A DNA stretch of 64,000 nucleotides from Octopus sinensis (GCF_006345805.1 NC_043001.1:6386001-6450000); one strand, 5' to 3'. Shown: positions 12,495 through 25,711, counted from the stretch's first letter. Program-made: numbers and translations. The notes: generated by a model not told the origin, from the sequence alone.

Positions 12495-13247
12495 GGCGAG
12501 CTGGTAGAATCGTTAGCACGCCGGGCGAAATGCTTAGCGGTATTTCGTCCGCCGCTGGATTCTGAGTTCAAATTCCGCCGAGGACGACTTTACCTTTCAT
12601 CCATTCGGGGTCGATAAATTAAGTACCAGTTACGCACTGGATTCGATGTAATCGACTTAATCTGTTTGTCTGTCTTGTTTGTCCCCTCTATGGTTAGCCC
12701 GTTGTGGGCAATAAGGAAATAGGTATTTCGTCTGTCTTTACGTTCTGAGTTCAAATTCCGGCGAGGTCGACTTTGCCTTTCATTCTTTCGGAGTCGAAAA
12801 ATTGAGTACCAGTCGCATACTGGGGTCAATCTAATTGACTGGACCCCTCACCCCAAATTTCGAGTCTTGTTCCGAGAGTAGGAAAGATTATTTGTATGGG
12901 ATAAGGCGGGGAGCTAGCAGAAACGTTAGCACGCTGGGCGAAAAGCTTCGCGGTATTTCGTCTCCGCTACGTTCTGAGTTCGGGTCGATATAATCGATTA
13001 ATACCTATGTCAGTCCTTGTTTGTCCTCTCTATGTTTAGCCCCTTGTGGGTAGTAAAGAAATAGGTATTTCGTCTGCCGTCATGTTCTGAGTTTAAATTC
13101 TGCCGAGGTCGACTTTACCTTTCATCCTTTCGGAGTCGATAAATTAAGTACCAGTTGCGTACTGGGGTCAATCTAATCAAGTTGCTCCCTCCCACCAAAA
13201 GTTTTCGGGCCTTGTGCTTAGAGTAGAAAAGATTATTTGTATGGGAT
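12495..13247 (+). mobile_element. Two adjacent family A multimeric SINEs
   Basis: Heads at about 12495 and 12903. aaagattatttgtatgggat is duplicated at about 12883-12902 and 13228-13247. Confidence 0.88.
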
Positions 13248-13756
13248 GACTTACATAATATAGAGTGCCATAGACTTAATACCTATTTCCATGAAATCGG
13301 GTAAACAAAAAAATGAAAACAAAACAAAAACAACTCACAGAAGAGTATTTTCTCATGTTGACTATACATACTGCTTTATATTTTACAAATACTCACCCAT
13401 ATATGCAATGCTGTAACTTCGTGCAATCTTCGAAATAATTGTTCATCTGCAAATCCTACAATCGCATGTTCATTCTAATCCCTTTTCAAATTTACTTTTC
13501 ACGTGTGACCGTAAAGTTTCTTCTACAACTATTTATAATACTAACAGGGCAAATTATTCCTACATTCTTCGAAGAGTGTTGCTCATGAAAATATGGTGTA
13601 TGTAGATCCCATGCGCATTCGAAAATGTGACTGTAGTTTCGTGATGTTGGACAAATTTTAAGCAAACACAGACATGACCAATCCTTTCAATAGATACGTT
13701 TCAAATAATTTTACGTTCATTCTCAGACAATCTAAAATATAACAATATAAACTGAT

Positions 13757-13856
13757 AATTATTTACGTTATTTACATTTGACGGATATTTGTCCTCACCT
13801 TGTTAACACAACGTTTTGGCTGATATACCATCCAGTCTTCATCAGGTGTTTTGGGG
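13757..13856 (-). mobile_element. Inverted 3' arm of H1 SINE, containing the hammerhead-like motif
   Basis: Reverse complement aacac-CTGATGA-a-gactg-gatggtatat-cagcc-aAAA-CGTT-gtgtt...ggacaaatatccgtcaaatgtaaataa. It abuts the head of the forward copy. Confidence 0.85.
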
Positions 13857-14185
13857 CATATGGCATAGTGGTTAAGAACGCGGGCAACGAACCTCAAGAT
13901 TCCGAGTTCGATTCCAGACTGTGATCTGAATAATAGTAATAATAATAAAAATAATAATTATAATTATAATTAAAATAATAATAATAATAATTATAATAAT
14001 ATCAAAAAATACCTTTAGAATGAGAACCCAGGTTCGAAAATTAACCCAAGACACCTGATGAATGTTGGAGAGCATATCAGACAAAACGGTGTATTAACAA
14101 CAAACAAGATGAGGACAAATATCCGTGAAATGTAAATAATGTAAATAATGTACACATTTCCTCATCTCTTAAATATAGAACTGTA
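13854..14185 (+). mobile_element. H1 SINE, full length: tRNA head - (AAT)n - hammerhead-like motif - tail
   Basis: A box tggcatagtgg, B box gagttcgattcc, (AAT)n at 13929-14000, acacCTGATGA at 14051-14061, tail ending ctcttaaatatagaactgt. Confidence 0.85.
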
Positions 14186-14214
14186 TAAACTGATAATTTG
14201 GTGTCAAAATCATA

Positions 14215-14510
14215 CTGGATAATTTGACGGAGAATTATCAGTTGGGGGGGGGGGTTAAGGCACTTTAATTTAGAGGCTAACCATAAAATTAAAAAAGAAC
14301 CTGATATAACCAATGTGGACAAGGTGCTAGAAGAGAAGAACATCATAGATACGGTTGTGTCCACTGATATAAATGTTGCGGACAAAGAACAGAAGGGCAC
14401 CTCAATGAGTGTAGGGAGCTGCTGCAAAAGTAATCATTATAGTTTTAGTCGACCCAAATAGGGTTCCTAAGACATTTCCGAGTTACCTTATTGAGATCTG
14501 TGTAAATACG
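14215..14510 (+). pseudogene. Very degenerate restriction-like endonuclease (RLE) fragment of an R4/Dong-type LINE
   Basis: Translation FNLEANHKIKKEPDITNVDKVLEEKNIIDTVVSTDINVADKEQK resembles the PD...D RLE motif. Confidence 0.55.
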
Positions 14511-15173
14511 TTACTGATAATCGTTATTAAGTAAAGCATGTATTGTTGGAAATATCTTCACACTCGCAAGCATGCACACACATACACACACACAAACACA
14601 TACATACGCACATATTATGCATTATTGTGTGTATGTATATATATATATATATTCTCGTAGGCGAATATTGGGTGTCTTAAAAAAGCAAAGAAGCCGAATT
14701 TTCTTTAAATCTGGCACAGATGCGTAGCACATATGTATAAAACAGTCCATGAAGAATTTCAGAAAACTTTATTCAGCATGTTTAGCATTGTCTTTCATTT
14801 CTTTTGAATGGAACCTCTTTTAATGTCCGTCTAACAGACGACTACATCGATTGTGTGTGCATGAAGTTACATGAGCACATTTGGATATATCGATCTCTTT
14901 GCAATAAATACGCTGAATATATTTACGAATGATCTTAGTAATGTCCATGTTCGGGATGCGTAAGTTAATAGCGCATCGTTTGATTAGAATCTGCATGAAA
15001 TACGGGCAGACACAGCATAATAATTCGATATTTCTATAGAATTCTTTTCTGAGAAGTCAAATACATATCTTTGCTCTCCTTCCCAAAAATATAAATACTT
15101 ATTGATTGGTTCTATATTTAACTATATATATATGTGGTTGATTGTTTAGTCTTCTATATCTATCTATCTACCT

Positions 15174-15210
<37 letters not shown>

Positions 15211-15214
15211 TATA

Positions 15215-15245
<31 letters not shown>

Positions 15246-15280
15246 TATATATATATATATAAACATATATATATATATAT

Positions 15281-15325
<45 letters not shown>

Positions 15326-15925
15326 AACATATATATATATATACATTTGTCTGTGTGTAGATACGTATGTATATATGTATGTCGACGAACCATAACAATA
15401 AGCCACCAACAGAATAGATAACGCACCAAAAAAAAAATGCAGAGTATGACCAGACTTTTACATGTAATTCGGGGTAGAAGGTCGAATCTATACGTATGTA
15501 TTCTGAAATAGAATCGGTACTGATATATGTAATGGCATGATTACAAACAGTCTGGCCCTATTTAATGCAGATTCTATTTACAAAATGCATCATTACCATA
15601 CGCTTCACAAAATATATATTTACACAAGATACGCATATCCGTAAATATGTTGACGTTACTTTTCTTTTGCCTATAAATCGATACATCCACATATATTCAT
15701 ACGATTCCATGCGCATGCAGCATCAATAGTCACGTCTCTGATATACATTAAGTTGTATATGTACGGAGGTTGCGTTTTAAACATATGAACTACAAAACTT
15801 CTCAAGGTAAATTAAACCTGCATCGTTGTTCACGCTGTTTTAATATATATTTGTTTTGTACAAGACGAATATAAAACATAACTAATATGCATCTACATAC
15901 AAGCAGACATACATTCATTCATATG

Positions 15926-15973
<48 letters not shown>

Positions 15974-15975
15974 AT

Positions 15976-16200
15976 ATTTCGTTTTGGATTTAGTTTGCAA
16001 GATTCTGTATATGAGTTCGTGTGTTGAAGCATATTCTGCTGTGTCTGGGGAGAGTCATTTGTTTTATTGCCTTATAATGTAACTTACTCAGCGGTAAAAT
16101 TTCCACTTATTTCTTATTTTTATTTTCCTAAAATTATCGTTGCGTTTTGCAACCTTTTCAATGAGTGTAATACGAAAAAATGGCTCTCCCCAGACACAAT
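15976..16200 (-). mobile_element. Short PLE-pLTR-like repeat with an inverted segment
   Basis: tgtgtctggggagagtcattt (16040-16060) is inverted at 16178-16198. The start (tgcaagatt...gtgtgttgaa) recurs at about 45410-45450. Confidence 0.45.
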
Positions 16201-16226
16201 AGTGTATATATATATACATATATATA

Positions 16227-16281
<55 letters not shown>

Positions 16282-16434
16282 CACATACATATGAGTGTAT
16301 GTTCGTGTGCCTGCATATGCGTGTTTGTGTGTGTTTTCTCTTGCATTTCATTAGTATACAAATTCTTTCTCTGGTGAAAGAGCAGGTTTCTAACAAAGAT
16401 ATAAGCTCTCGTCGTTGGAAAGTAGATAACGAAA

Positions 16435-16678
16435 GTAACGTCACATTTTCAGTTCGACAAAAGTCTTGCATATATTAACTGCTTCATTTAAAATTTGCAT
16501 TGGTAATGTAAATGTTTATTTTTTCTCAAAATCCAAGCTTCTCCGGACTGTGATTTAAGCGTTTCTTAATCCAAGTGGATCGACAATTATTGGTATAAAT
16601 GTAAATTTGCAATTTCGATAGAGAAATTGGCGGTATCGAAGCAGTCGTTGGTAGTTATTTTCTTTCTCCTTGATTTTC
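16435..16678 (-). pseudogene. 3' end of an RLE LINE ORF (R4/Dong-type)
   Basis: Minus translation KIKEKENNYQRLLRYRQFLYRNCKFTFIPIIVDPLG...AVNICKTFVELKM*. Confidence 0.65.
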
Positions 16679-17045
16679 AAAGAATTATAAATGCATGTCC
16701 ACAGGTATTGACCACAGTCTCCTTAAGCTTCACATAGTACGCTATAACTGTATAGAAACCTTCAGGATCACGAAACGGTAGGAATTTAATGTGTTTACTT
16801 GCAAAAAGCGCAAACTCAGCTGTAAATCCGTAAACGCACTGAGCATATATATATATGTATGTGAGTGTGTGTGTGTGTGAGAGAGAGAGCGAGAGAGAGA
16901 ATGTGTGTGTATTATATATATACATTATATATAGAGAGAGAGAGGAGAGAGAGAGAAGATGAAGACGAGGAAGAGAAACAAGTGAAGAAGTATGTGTGGA
17001 TGTGGGGGTGTATATATATATATATATAAGTTAAATTACGAGTAA

Positions 17046-17046
<1 letters not shown>

Positions 17047-17082
<36 letters not shown>

Positions 17083-17180
17083 TAATAATAATAATAATAA
17101 TAATAAAAGAAGAAGAAGAAGAAGAAGAAGAAGAAAGAAGAAGAAGAAGAACACCAACAACAACAACAATAACAACAACG
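17047..17180. repeat. (AAT)n-(GAA)n-(CAA)n compound microsatellite
   Basis: Read directly from the sequence. Confidence 0.95.
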
Positions 17181-17479
17181 AAATACAGCAAATAAACTTG
17201 CCCTGCACCGTAGTGCTTTGTCTTTCCACCTGCCACTCCACCATTTATGGAAGATTGTTTAAATATCCTTTCCCGGGAACAGATTGGTAAGACTGGTGAA
17301 CAGTCAACTGTGTTGGAGGACAATAATATTATTGCTGAAAACATGTTAGCTGATATAAGGATGGGGAAACCAAGGGATTATTAAGAAAAAAAATACCTCT
17401 AATATTTCACACCGGGCGTGGAAATGTCGACATCATGACTGCTGCAAAATGCTCTGTGAACAACTTAAAGACTGTAAGA

Positions 17480-18441
17480 TTCGACAGAAACATCATGAAA
17501 ACCACATTATTCAGTGATTTTCTTTCGGTTTGTCTCCATTGAGGGTTACTTCATTTGACCCCAAATCTTTGAAACACAGCATTAAGCTCTATTCAGGAAG
17601 CTATGCGAAGCTTCTGGGGACTGTGGTCAACAGCTGAATGGAAAAAAGTTGCTGTTGGAAGGCCATGTTTAGAAAGAGACATAAGTTTTTGTCAGAGATT
17701 TCTTAGTTCTTTGCTGCCCACAAGGGGATAAACATAGAGGGGACAAACAAGGAGAGACAAACGGATTAAGTCGATCACATCGACCTCAGTGTGTAGCTGG
17801 TACTTATTTAATCGACCCCGAAAGGATGAAAGACAGGGTCGACCTTGGCGCAATTTGAAATCAGAACGTAAAGACTGACGAAATACCTATTTCTTTACTA
17901 CCCACAAGGGGCTAAACACAGAGAGGACAAACAAGGACAGACAAACGAATTAAGTCGATTATATCGACCCCAGTGCGTAACTGGTACTTATATAATCGAC
18001 CCCGAAAGGATGAAAGGCAAAGTCGACCTCGGCGGAATTTGAACTCAGAACGTAACGGCAGACGAAATACCGCTAAGCATTTCGCCCGGCGTGCTAACGT
18101 TTCTGCCAGCTCGCCGCCTTTTGTCAGAGAGTTTCTATGACTTTCCCAACCCCATTCTCTGGCCTCTTAATGGCCCTGACTGTATATCTATAGCTTAATG
18201 TGTATGGGTTGTAGTTGGCAAATAAACCCACTGCTCTGTCTGCAACACCAAAGCCGGACTGGTAGCGAAGATCACGAAGGTGTTCGAAGATCATCCCCGA
18301 GACGCAGAGATGAATGGATGTCCCAGGTTTCGGAGGAGTCTTGACGCGGTGCTGGTACATGTGGACGGCTACATCTCGTGGGATATTATATTTTCTCTCC
18401 TTATCATGCAAACTCAAATTAAACCCGAAAACTCTTTATAT
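17480..18441 (+). mobile_element. Decayed Tc1/mariner-superfamily transposase 3' half, split by a SINE
   Basis: SYAKLLGTVVNS*ME...VAVGRPC before the SINE. After it: LSESFYDFPNPILWPLNGPDC (WPPNSPDLN-like)...CVW...KITKVFEDHPRDAEMNGCPRFRRSLDAVLVHVDGYI. The left boundary is approximate. Confidence 0.75.
17699..18118 (-). mobile_element. SINE family A dimer with 12-bp TSD
   Basis: ttttgtcagaga at 17687-17698 and 18119-18130. Confidence 0.92.
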
Positions 18442-18452
18442 ACATACATTTT

Positions 18453-18730
18453 CATGTATGTATGCATTTATGTATGATTGAATGCATGCATGTATGTATG
18501 TATGATTTTATGCATGTATGTATGTATGTATGTATGTATGATTGTATGCATGCATGTATGCATGTATGTATGTATGACTGTATGCATGCATGTATATATG
18601 TATGGTTATATGCATGCATGTATGTTTGTATGATTATATGCATGCATGTATGTATGTATGTATGATTGTATGCATGCATGTATGTATATATGTATATATG
18701 TATTTATGTATGCATGCACGTATGTATGTA
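18453..18730. repeat. (ATGT/ATGC)n tetranucleotide repeat
   Basis: Read directly from the sequence. Confidence 0.95.
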
Positions 18731-19379
18731 TTACAATGTTTCTTATTCTTCTTTCATAAACTGTTCCTCTGGAAATGTCAGTTCACGGCTGCCATTTTCT
18801 CATTTTTTTTTTCGTTAAACAATTAACAGTGATAACTTTTATTTATGTATGCAGTTATCTATTTATCTATTTATTTATTCATTTATGTATTTTTAGTTTG
18901 GTATTTGTATTTTCTCCATCACCTTTCGATCTTTATTCTTCATGCTGCAATATCTATCATTGACCAATTACCCATCGCTTATTCCCCCTAGTTTCATGCA
19001 CGCTCTTCTGCTATTTTAGTTTTACACACAACCACACTCGCGCACTCAATCATATCAACGTGCACAGACACGCACGCACGCACGCAGGCGCTCACACACA
19101 CACAGAAACACGCAACACATGAATATACATATATATATGTGTGTCGTATGTGTGTGTGTGTAATCGGAAATAGAGAAAGCCGCACCAGCGGTCGTTGGTA
19201 TTTGATTTTATTTACGGAGACCGGAGTCACATGATTTGATTTGCTTTAATCAATGTGCCCAGAATTGAAGCCAGTTCTTTATGACAATAATATCACTAGG
19301 ACACCTCACTTTACCCACATTCACAAGCATGCCATCTGAAGCACGCACGCACGCACACACACACACACACACACACACG

Positions 19380-19435
<56 letters not shown>

Positions 19436-19544
19436 ACACACACACACACACACATATTTCGAAGCGCGTGAAGCGTATAGAATAAATTCTGTAGAGATAT
19501 TTCATAATAAAATGGTCAGTGAAAGAAATTCTATTCCTTATATT

Positions 19545-19953
19545 TATTCTTTAACTCTTTAACTCTTTTACTTATTTCAGTCATGTGACTGTGACCATGC
19601 TGGAGCACCGCCTTTAGTCGAGCAATTAGTCCCCAGGACTTATTCTTTGGAAGCCTAGTACTTATTCTATCGGCCTGTTTTGCCGAACCGCTAGGTTACG
19701 GAGACGTAAACACACCACCATCGGTTGTCAAGCGATGTTGGGGGACAAACACAGACACACAAACATATACACACACACATACATATACATATATACGACG
19801 GGCTTCTTTCAGTTTTCGTCTACCAAACCCACTCACGACGCTTTGGTATGCCTGGGGCCAGAGTAGAAGACACTTGCCCAAGGAGCCACGCAGTAGGACT
19901 GAACCCGGAACCATGTGCTTGGTAAACAAGCTACTTACCACACTGCCACTCCT
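19545..19953 (-). mobile_element. SINE family B, full length
   Basis: Ends ...gctacttaccacactgccactcct, which is the 5' head on the minus strand. Confidence 0.9.
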
Positions 19954-20462
19954 GTTTAAATCCAACTAAGATTTGTTTTCCATCTCTTCTTTCGCCTCTC
20001 CAGAATCAGCATGAGACTATTCGCTGAAACTGCAAATTCCTATAATTTTTCTACAAAAATTATTGTGTAATTCACCTGTTTCATGTTAGATTCTTTTAAC
20101 TATAGTGTTTCGATATATACATATAAAATTATCTAAAGATACCACCATGCTAAAGATAGCAGTCAAAACTTGACTCTAAAACCACATCATGCTTTCATAC
20201 AGCACCAGGAGAAAAATCAAATTGAATTATTGGATAATCCCAATAATTTTTTGCTCGTATATTTGTCTTTATGTCTGTTCTATCGGGGCTGGACGAATAC
20301 ACGATGTGCTTTTAAAGTCAGCTTTTAACTGCTATATCTGGCATGGGGGTGTCTTTACGGTACCTTTAATTATGATTTTAATAATAATTCTTACGGATAA
20401 GGTTTTTATTCCCATCTTGGACACTTGTTATTATCGGTATTTTAAATAATGATCTTATCCTT

Positions 20463-20670
<208 letters not shown>

Positions 20671-20731
20671 AAAAGTGTACTCAGATTCACGTTCCCGTGA
20701 ATGTATGTATCTCTTTCTCTCTCTCTCTTTG

Positions 20732-20765
<34 letters not shown>

Positions 20766-21189
20766 ATATGATATATATATAATATATATATATATTTATA
20801 TTGAAGGTTGGAGATGATGTACAGGTATTTTATATTAGAAGAAATGAGGTACTCAGAAATTCGGATGGTTTTATATTTACAGATATTTATTTGTATATTA
20901 CATTTGTATACACCATATATGATAAATCGTATATCATATGTCATATATGATATATTTGCCCTTTCGTCCATTCTAGAGGAGTTTTTAAATTGAACTATAT
21001 ATATATATATATATATACAGCTTGGATTTTTCTTCTCGTTTTCACTAAAATTTCTTTCATGTTATAAAGTGAATGACTTCTGAGTGTGTACAACGCAATA
21101 ACTAACCAATATGCAGCAATTGTCATTTTTTTTTTGTTGCTTTACAAGGAAAATACGTAACTGAATATTTTTTCTATGTATTATGAGCA

Positions 21190-21530
21190 TGAAGTGACTG
21201 TTTGATAGGAAGCTTGTTTACCGACCACATGGTTCTGGGTTCAGTCCCACTGCGTGTCACCTGGTCATGTATCTTCTACTATAGCCTCGGACCGACCAAA
21301 GCCTTTTGTGTAGATTTATGTACGTGTGTATTTATGTGTCTATGTTTTTCCCATCGCTTGACAACTGATTCTGGTGTGTTTATGTCCCCGTAATATAGCG
21401 GTTCGGTAAATACCTCGAGAGTATAAGTACAAGGCTTAAAAAAATATAAGTCCTGGGTTCGATTTGTTTGGCTAAAGGGGATGCTGCAGACAAATGACTA
21501 AAACGCGTAAACGAATAAAGGAAAAAAGAT
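21190..21530 (+). mobile_element. SINE family B, diverged
   Basis: accacatggttctgggttcagtcccactgcgtgtcacc...ctatagcctcggaccgaccaaagcc. Confidence 0.82.
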
Positions 21531-22978
21531 TAAAACGAAGTGGTAAGAAATTAAGAAGCGAGCTGAACAGCAGAAGATCGTCAGAGAAGAACTTCCCTTA
21601 AGCAAGTTTTTCGGCCCTTTACTTCTTTTACTCCTAATTCGTGGGCGCCATACGCTGACTATTTTTAGATACCTGAGTATCGGAGACGTGTATTTAAACC
21701 GTTGCTATCTATTCCTATGTATCAAAGGAATATAATTATCCGGTTTAGAGCTGTGTAGGCGTATATATAGTAGACTTGACAGATCTTATAACACTTCAGA
21801 TAAAATTACTTGTGTTATGCTTTGCGAATTTCAGCGCTCTCCGTTCAAATCTTGTCAAATAGAACAATACCTCTCGTTTCACCAACTTCACTAAATGATG
21901 TAGCTCTTAAGCGAATGCCATAAAAGTGCATGCAAACACACAGGCACACACACACACACACTATTACAACTTGCAAGGCCATCACTCATAGAAGAGTATT
22001 ACTCACAACTACCGTGTAATAAGTAGAGAGAGATTAGTTGGGGTTATTACAGATCCTTAGAAAATACATAAATATATACAATTTTATTTTCCCTAACTGA
22101 AGCACAAGCTTTGTAATCTAAGCGAAGAGTTATCCGAGTGAATAAATTTCAGTACTTGATGTCTATTTTATCAAAGTATACCGAAATGACAAAGGGCGAA
22201 AATAACCACTTTGAATTTAATTCAGAACATATAGACACGAAACAATGTTATGTTGTCCAACGAGTGGAACTGGTGGTTGCAGACGGACTGATATGTTTCC
22301 TAGCAGAAAAGAAATTAAAAGGAAAATGTAATACGGAAATATTTTGCCGAATATAAATCGCAAAATCCATCTAGAACTCGTGGACAGCAAACAATGTGGT
22401 ACAAACAGGTGAAATAATCGCTAACGTATACAGGTATTTATTCTTTCTTTTACAAATATAACTTTACCCAGAATAACAGGTAAAAAGCTCAAGGAATCTG
22501 CGCTTCAGTGAAACAATGTAGCATCTATCAGACCTGTGTGTGCGTATTTTTGTCTCTGTGTGCGTGTGTGCGTGCGTGCGTTCGTGTGTATGTGTGTGTA
22601 TTTTGTAGCTTTTCAGTTATATTTTTTTTTATTTGTGAACATTACTTTTATGTTTTCTCGGGCTAGGGTCAGTAAGTAGGTAACATTATTAAACTGAAAT
22701 CGATTGAAACGTCTCCACGCTATGAACAATTGCTTTTCCGCACTTAAAGAGGAAACGCACTTCTTTCTTTCTTTCTTTCTTTCTTTTATGGTAGTCTCGT
22801 ATTTTCTTTAAAAAGTTCTACTCAATTGCATGTGTGTGCAGGTGCGCTTAGAAAGAGATGCCTCTCCTCCTCTATACCAATGTATGCGTTATCATTCCAC
22901 TCTTAAACTACAAAACAATAGCATACATACACATAATTTATTATATGTATGTACATATATATATATATATAATATATC

Positions 22979-23022
<44 letters not shown>

Positions 23023-23068
23023 ATACAGACATATATATAAACAGATATATAAGATATATACATATATA

Positions 23069-23109
<41 letters not shown>

Positions 23110-23194
23110 TATATATGCACACATACAATATATGTATATATTTATATATAGGTAGATATAGACACATAAACTTATAAACATCAATTTTTGTATG

Positions 23195-23231
<37 letters not shown>

Positions 23232-23325
23232 CACATATCTACATACATATACATATACATATAGATAGAAATGCATATATGTATGCATACACACATACAC
23301 ACACAGTACACAGTAACACACACAT

Positions 23326-23359
<34 letters not shown>

Positions 23360-24289
23360 TTATGTTGGGAGGAGACAGCAGTGAGAGAGTGAAATATTGA
23401 GAATGCCCCCTACCCTTTATCATGAACATAAAAGAAAAGACATGACATATTCAACCATGACTGATGTGGGAGTGTCTTATATCACCATATACACACTTGA
23501 TAATGCCTGTATATAGCCAATCTAAAAGCATCTTACTAATGACGCACCGACATTATGTTTAGCAACATCTCCGTAAAAGGAAAATTTCTTCATTATATCC
23601 CACCTACGAAACATCTCGGATGATTTATGGAAGTTATAACTAAACTAACTCCGACAAACGGTATGTATTCTCCATTAAAATTAACCTACATACATAGTCA
23701 CATTCTGAGAAACACCCCTACTGTACCCACTTCCATACACACTGCTCTTAACTTTTTTGTCTTTTGCGAAAATTCTATTCTCTCTTTGATATAAACACGT
23801 GCCTTTTCTCATTCAATGCTCAATACACACAACTCTCTCGTTCTCTCTCTCACTCGCCCCTCTCTCTCTCTCTAACTCTCACTCTCACTCACTCTCTCTC
23901 TCTCTCTCTCTCTCTGACTTCCCTTTACTCACCCTCTTCTCTTCTCTAGCTATCACTAGAAGCGAAGCAGGAGTGAATATGTCATATGTACGTATCTAAT
24001 TCTCTCTCTCTCTTTTTCTGTATATACATACATGCACACACACACACACACACACACATATACATATATATATATATATGCATGTGTGTAAATATAAATA
24101 TTATACATATATAGAGATATAATTACACACACATATACACACTTATGTAAATGTATACAGATATATAAGCACAACATGCATTTGAGTGTGTGTATATATA
24201 TATATGCATACACATACGCTACACAAACAAACATATATATATATGTGTATATATAAAGATGCATATCTATTATATCTATTTCATTTTGT

Positions 24290-24322
<33 letters not shown>

Positions 24323-24371
24323 CACACACCACACACAGCTCCCACTGACTAGCTGTACGTTTGTAAATGTT

Positions 24372-24417
<46 letters not shown>

Positions 24418-25012
24418 GCTTCTCAGTTACCTGTATTGTTAAGTCAGTTGTAATTACTGCAGAGGTGGAGCTTGCACAGTTATTCAAACGTGGGTTTTTC
24501 CTTCAAAATTAGTAACGTAGAAGAGTAAACTATTGAAAACAATTCTACTTGGAAGAGAATAGCCTTGGAAAGCAACCTTAAGTTTTAGCAGTTCGGCACA
24601 TTGATTGTAACACGAGAGTATTGATAGAAAAGCGACTGTTTAGATTAAATGAATAATAGACGCCACTCCTACAGGTGATACCCTCCACCATTTCTATGCA
24701 ACTACAGGTATGATGGCTACATATTTTTTTCCCTATAAGTGGGCGTTTACATCCTATGAATGAGAGACTGTGCGCAGCTAAGTGCTAAAGAAGTTTCTTT
24801 CAAAAAAACTTTATATATATATACATATATATATGCATATATATATGGATATATATATACCTATATATATATATATAGTGTGGTGTGGGTGTTAGTATGT
24901 ATGTAATAAGAATATATATATTATAATATTATATATTATACATATATATATGCATATATATATACCTATATATAGATATATGTGTGTGTGGTATTATGTA
25001 TATATATATATC

Positions 25013-25044
<32 letters not shown>

Positions 25045-25437
25045 CTTATATATATATATATATATAACATATATATATGCATATATATATACCTATATAT
25101 ATATATAGTGTGTGTGTGTGGTATGTATGTAGTATATATATATATAATATATTGTTTTATCATGCATTAATTTCGTTTTCTTTCTATATAAGATTTTGAA
25201 ATTATGACAATATAAAAACGAACGAATGTAGTGCAAAGAAAACTGTTCACATAACTGTACGTAAACACATACATACATAGATATACTTAGGCAAATGCGC
25301 ATGCATATTTAGTTCCACATATAAATATGTGCGCAATGGATATGAAAGGTAAATGTTTATATTTACAATACGGTTTAAGCATATATATATCGACACATGC
25401 GTCTCTAAATTATATTTATATATCTACATTCTATTAC

Positions 25438-25596
25438 GTACATACATACATACATACATACATGCATGCATACATACATACGTACATACATACATACATA
25501 CATACATACATACATACATACATACATACATACATACATACATTACATACATACATACATACATACATACATGCATACATACATACATACATACAT
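25438..25596. repeat. (ATAC)n microsatellite
   Basis: Read directly from the sequence. Confidence 0.96.
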
Positions 25597-25711
25597 ATCT
25601 CCGGCTGCACCTCTCCTACACACGGATCACAGTGGACTCTACTCTTGATGAGAAATCCTTGCAATACACCACGACGTCTAAAAACCTTTAAACTTTACGG
25701 AAAACTGGTGA

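Noticed and set aside
13854-13928. tRNA gene calls for the tRNA-like heads (also 11117-11190, 40193-40269, 55530-55605)
   Set aside because: Acceptor stems are not intact and each head is fused to a repeated body, so they are SINE heads.
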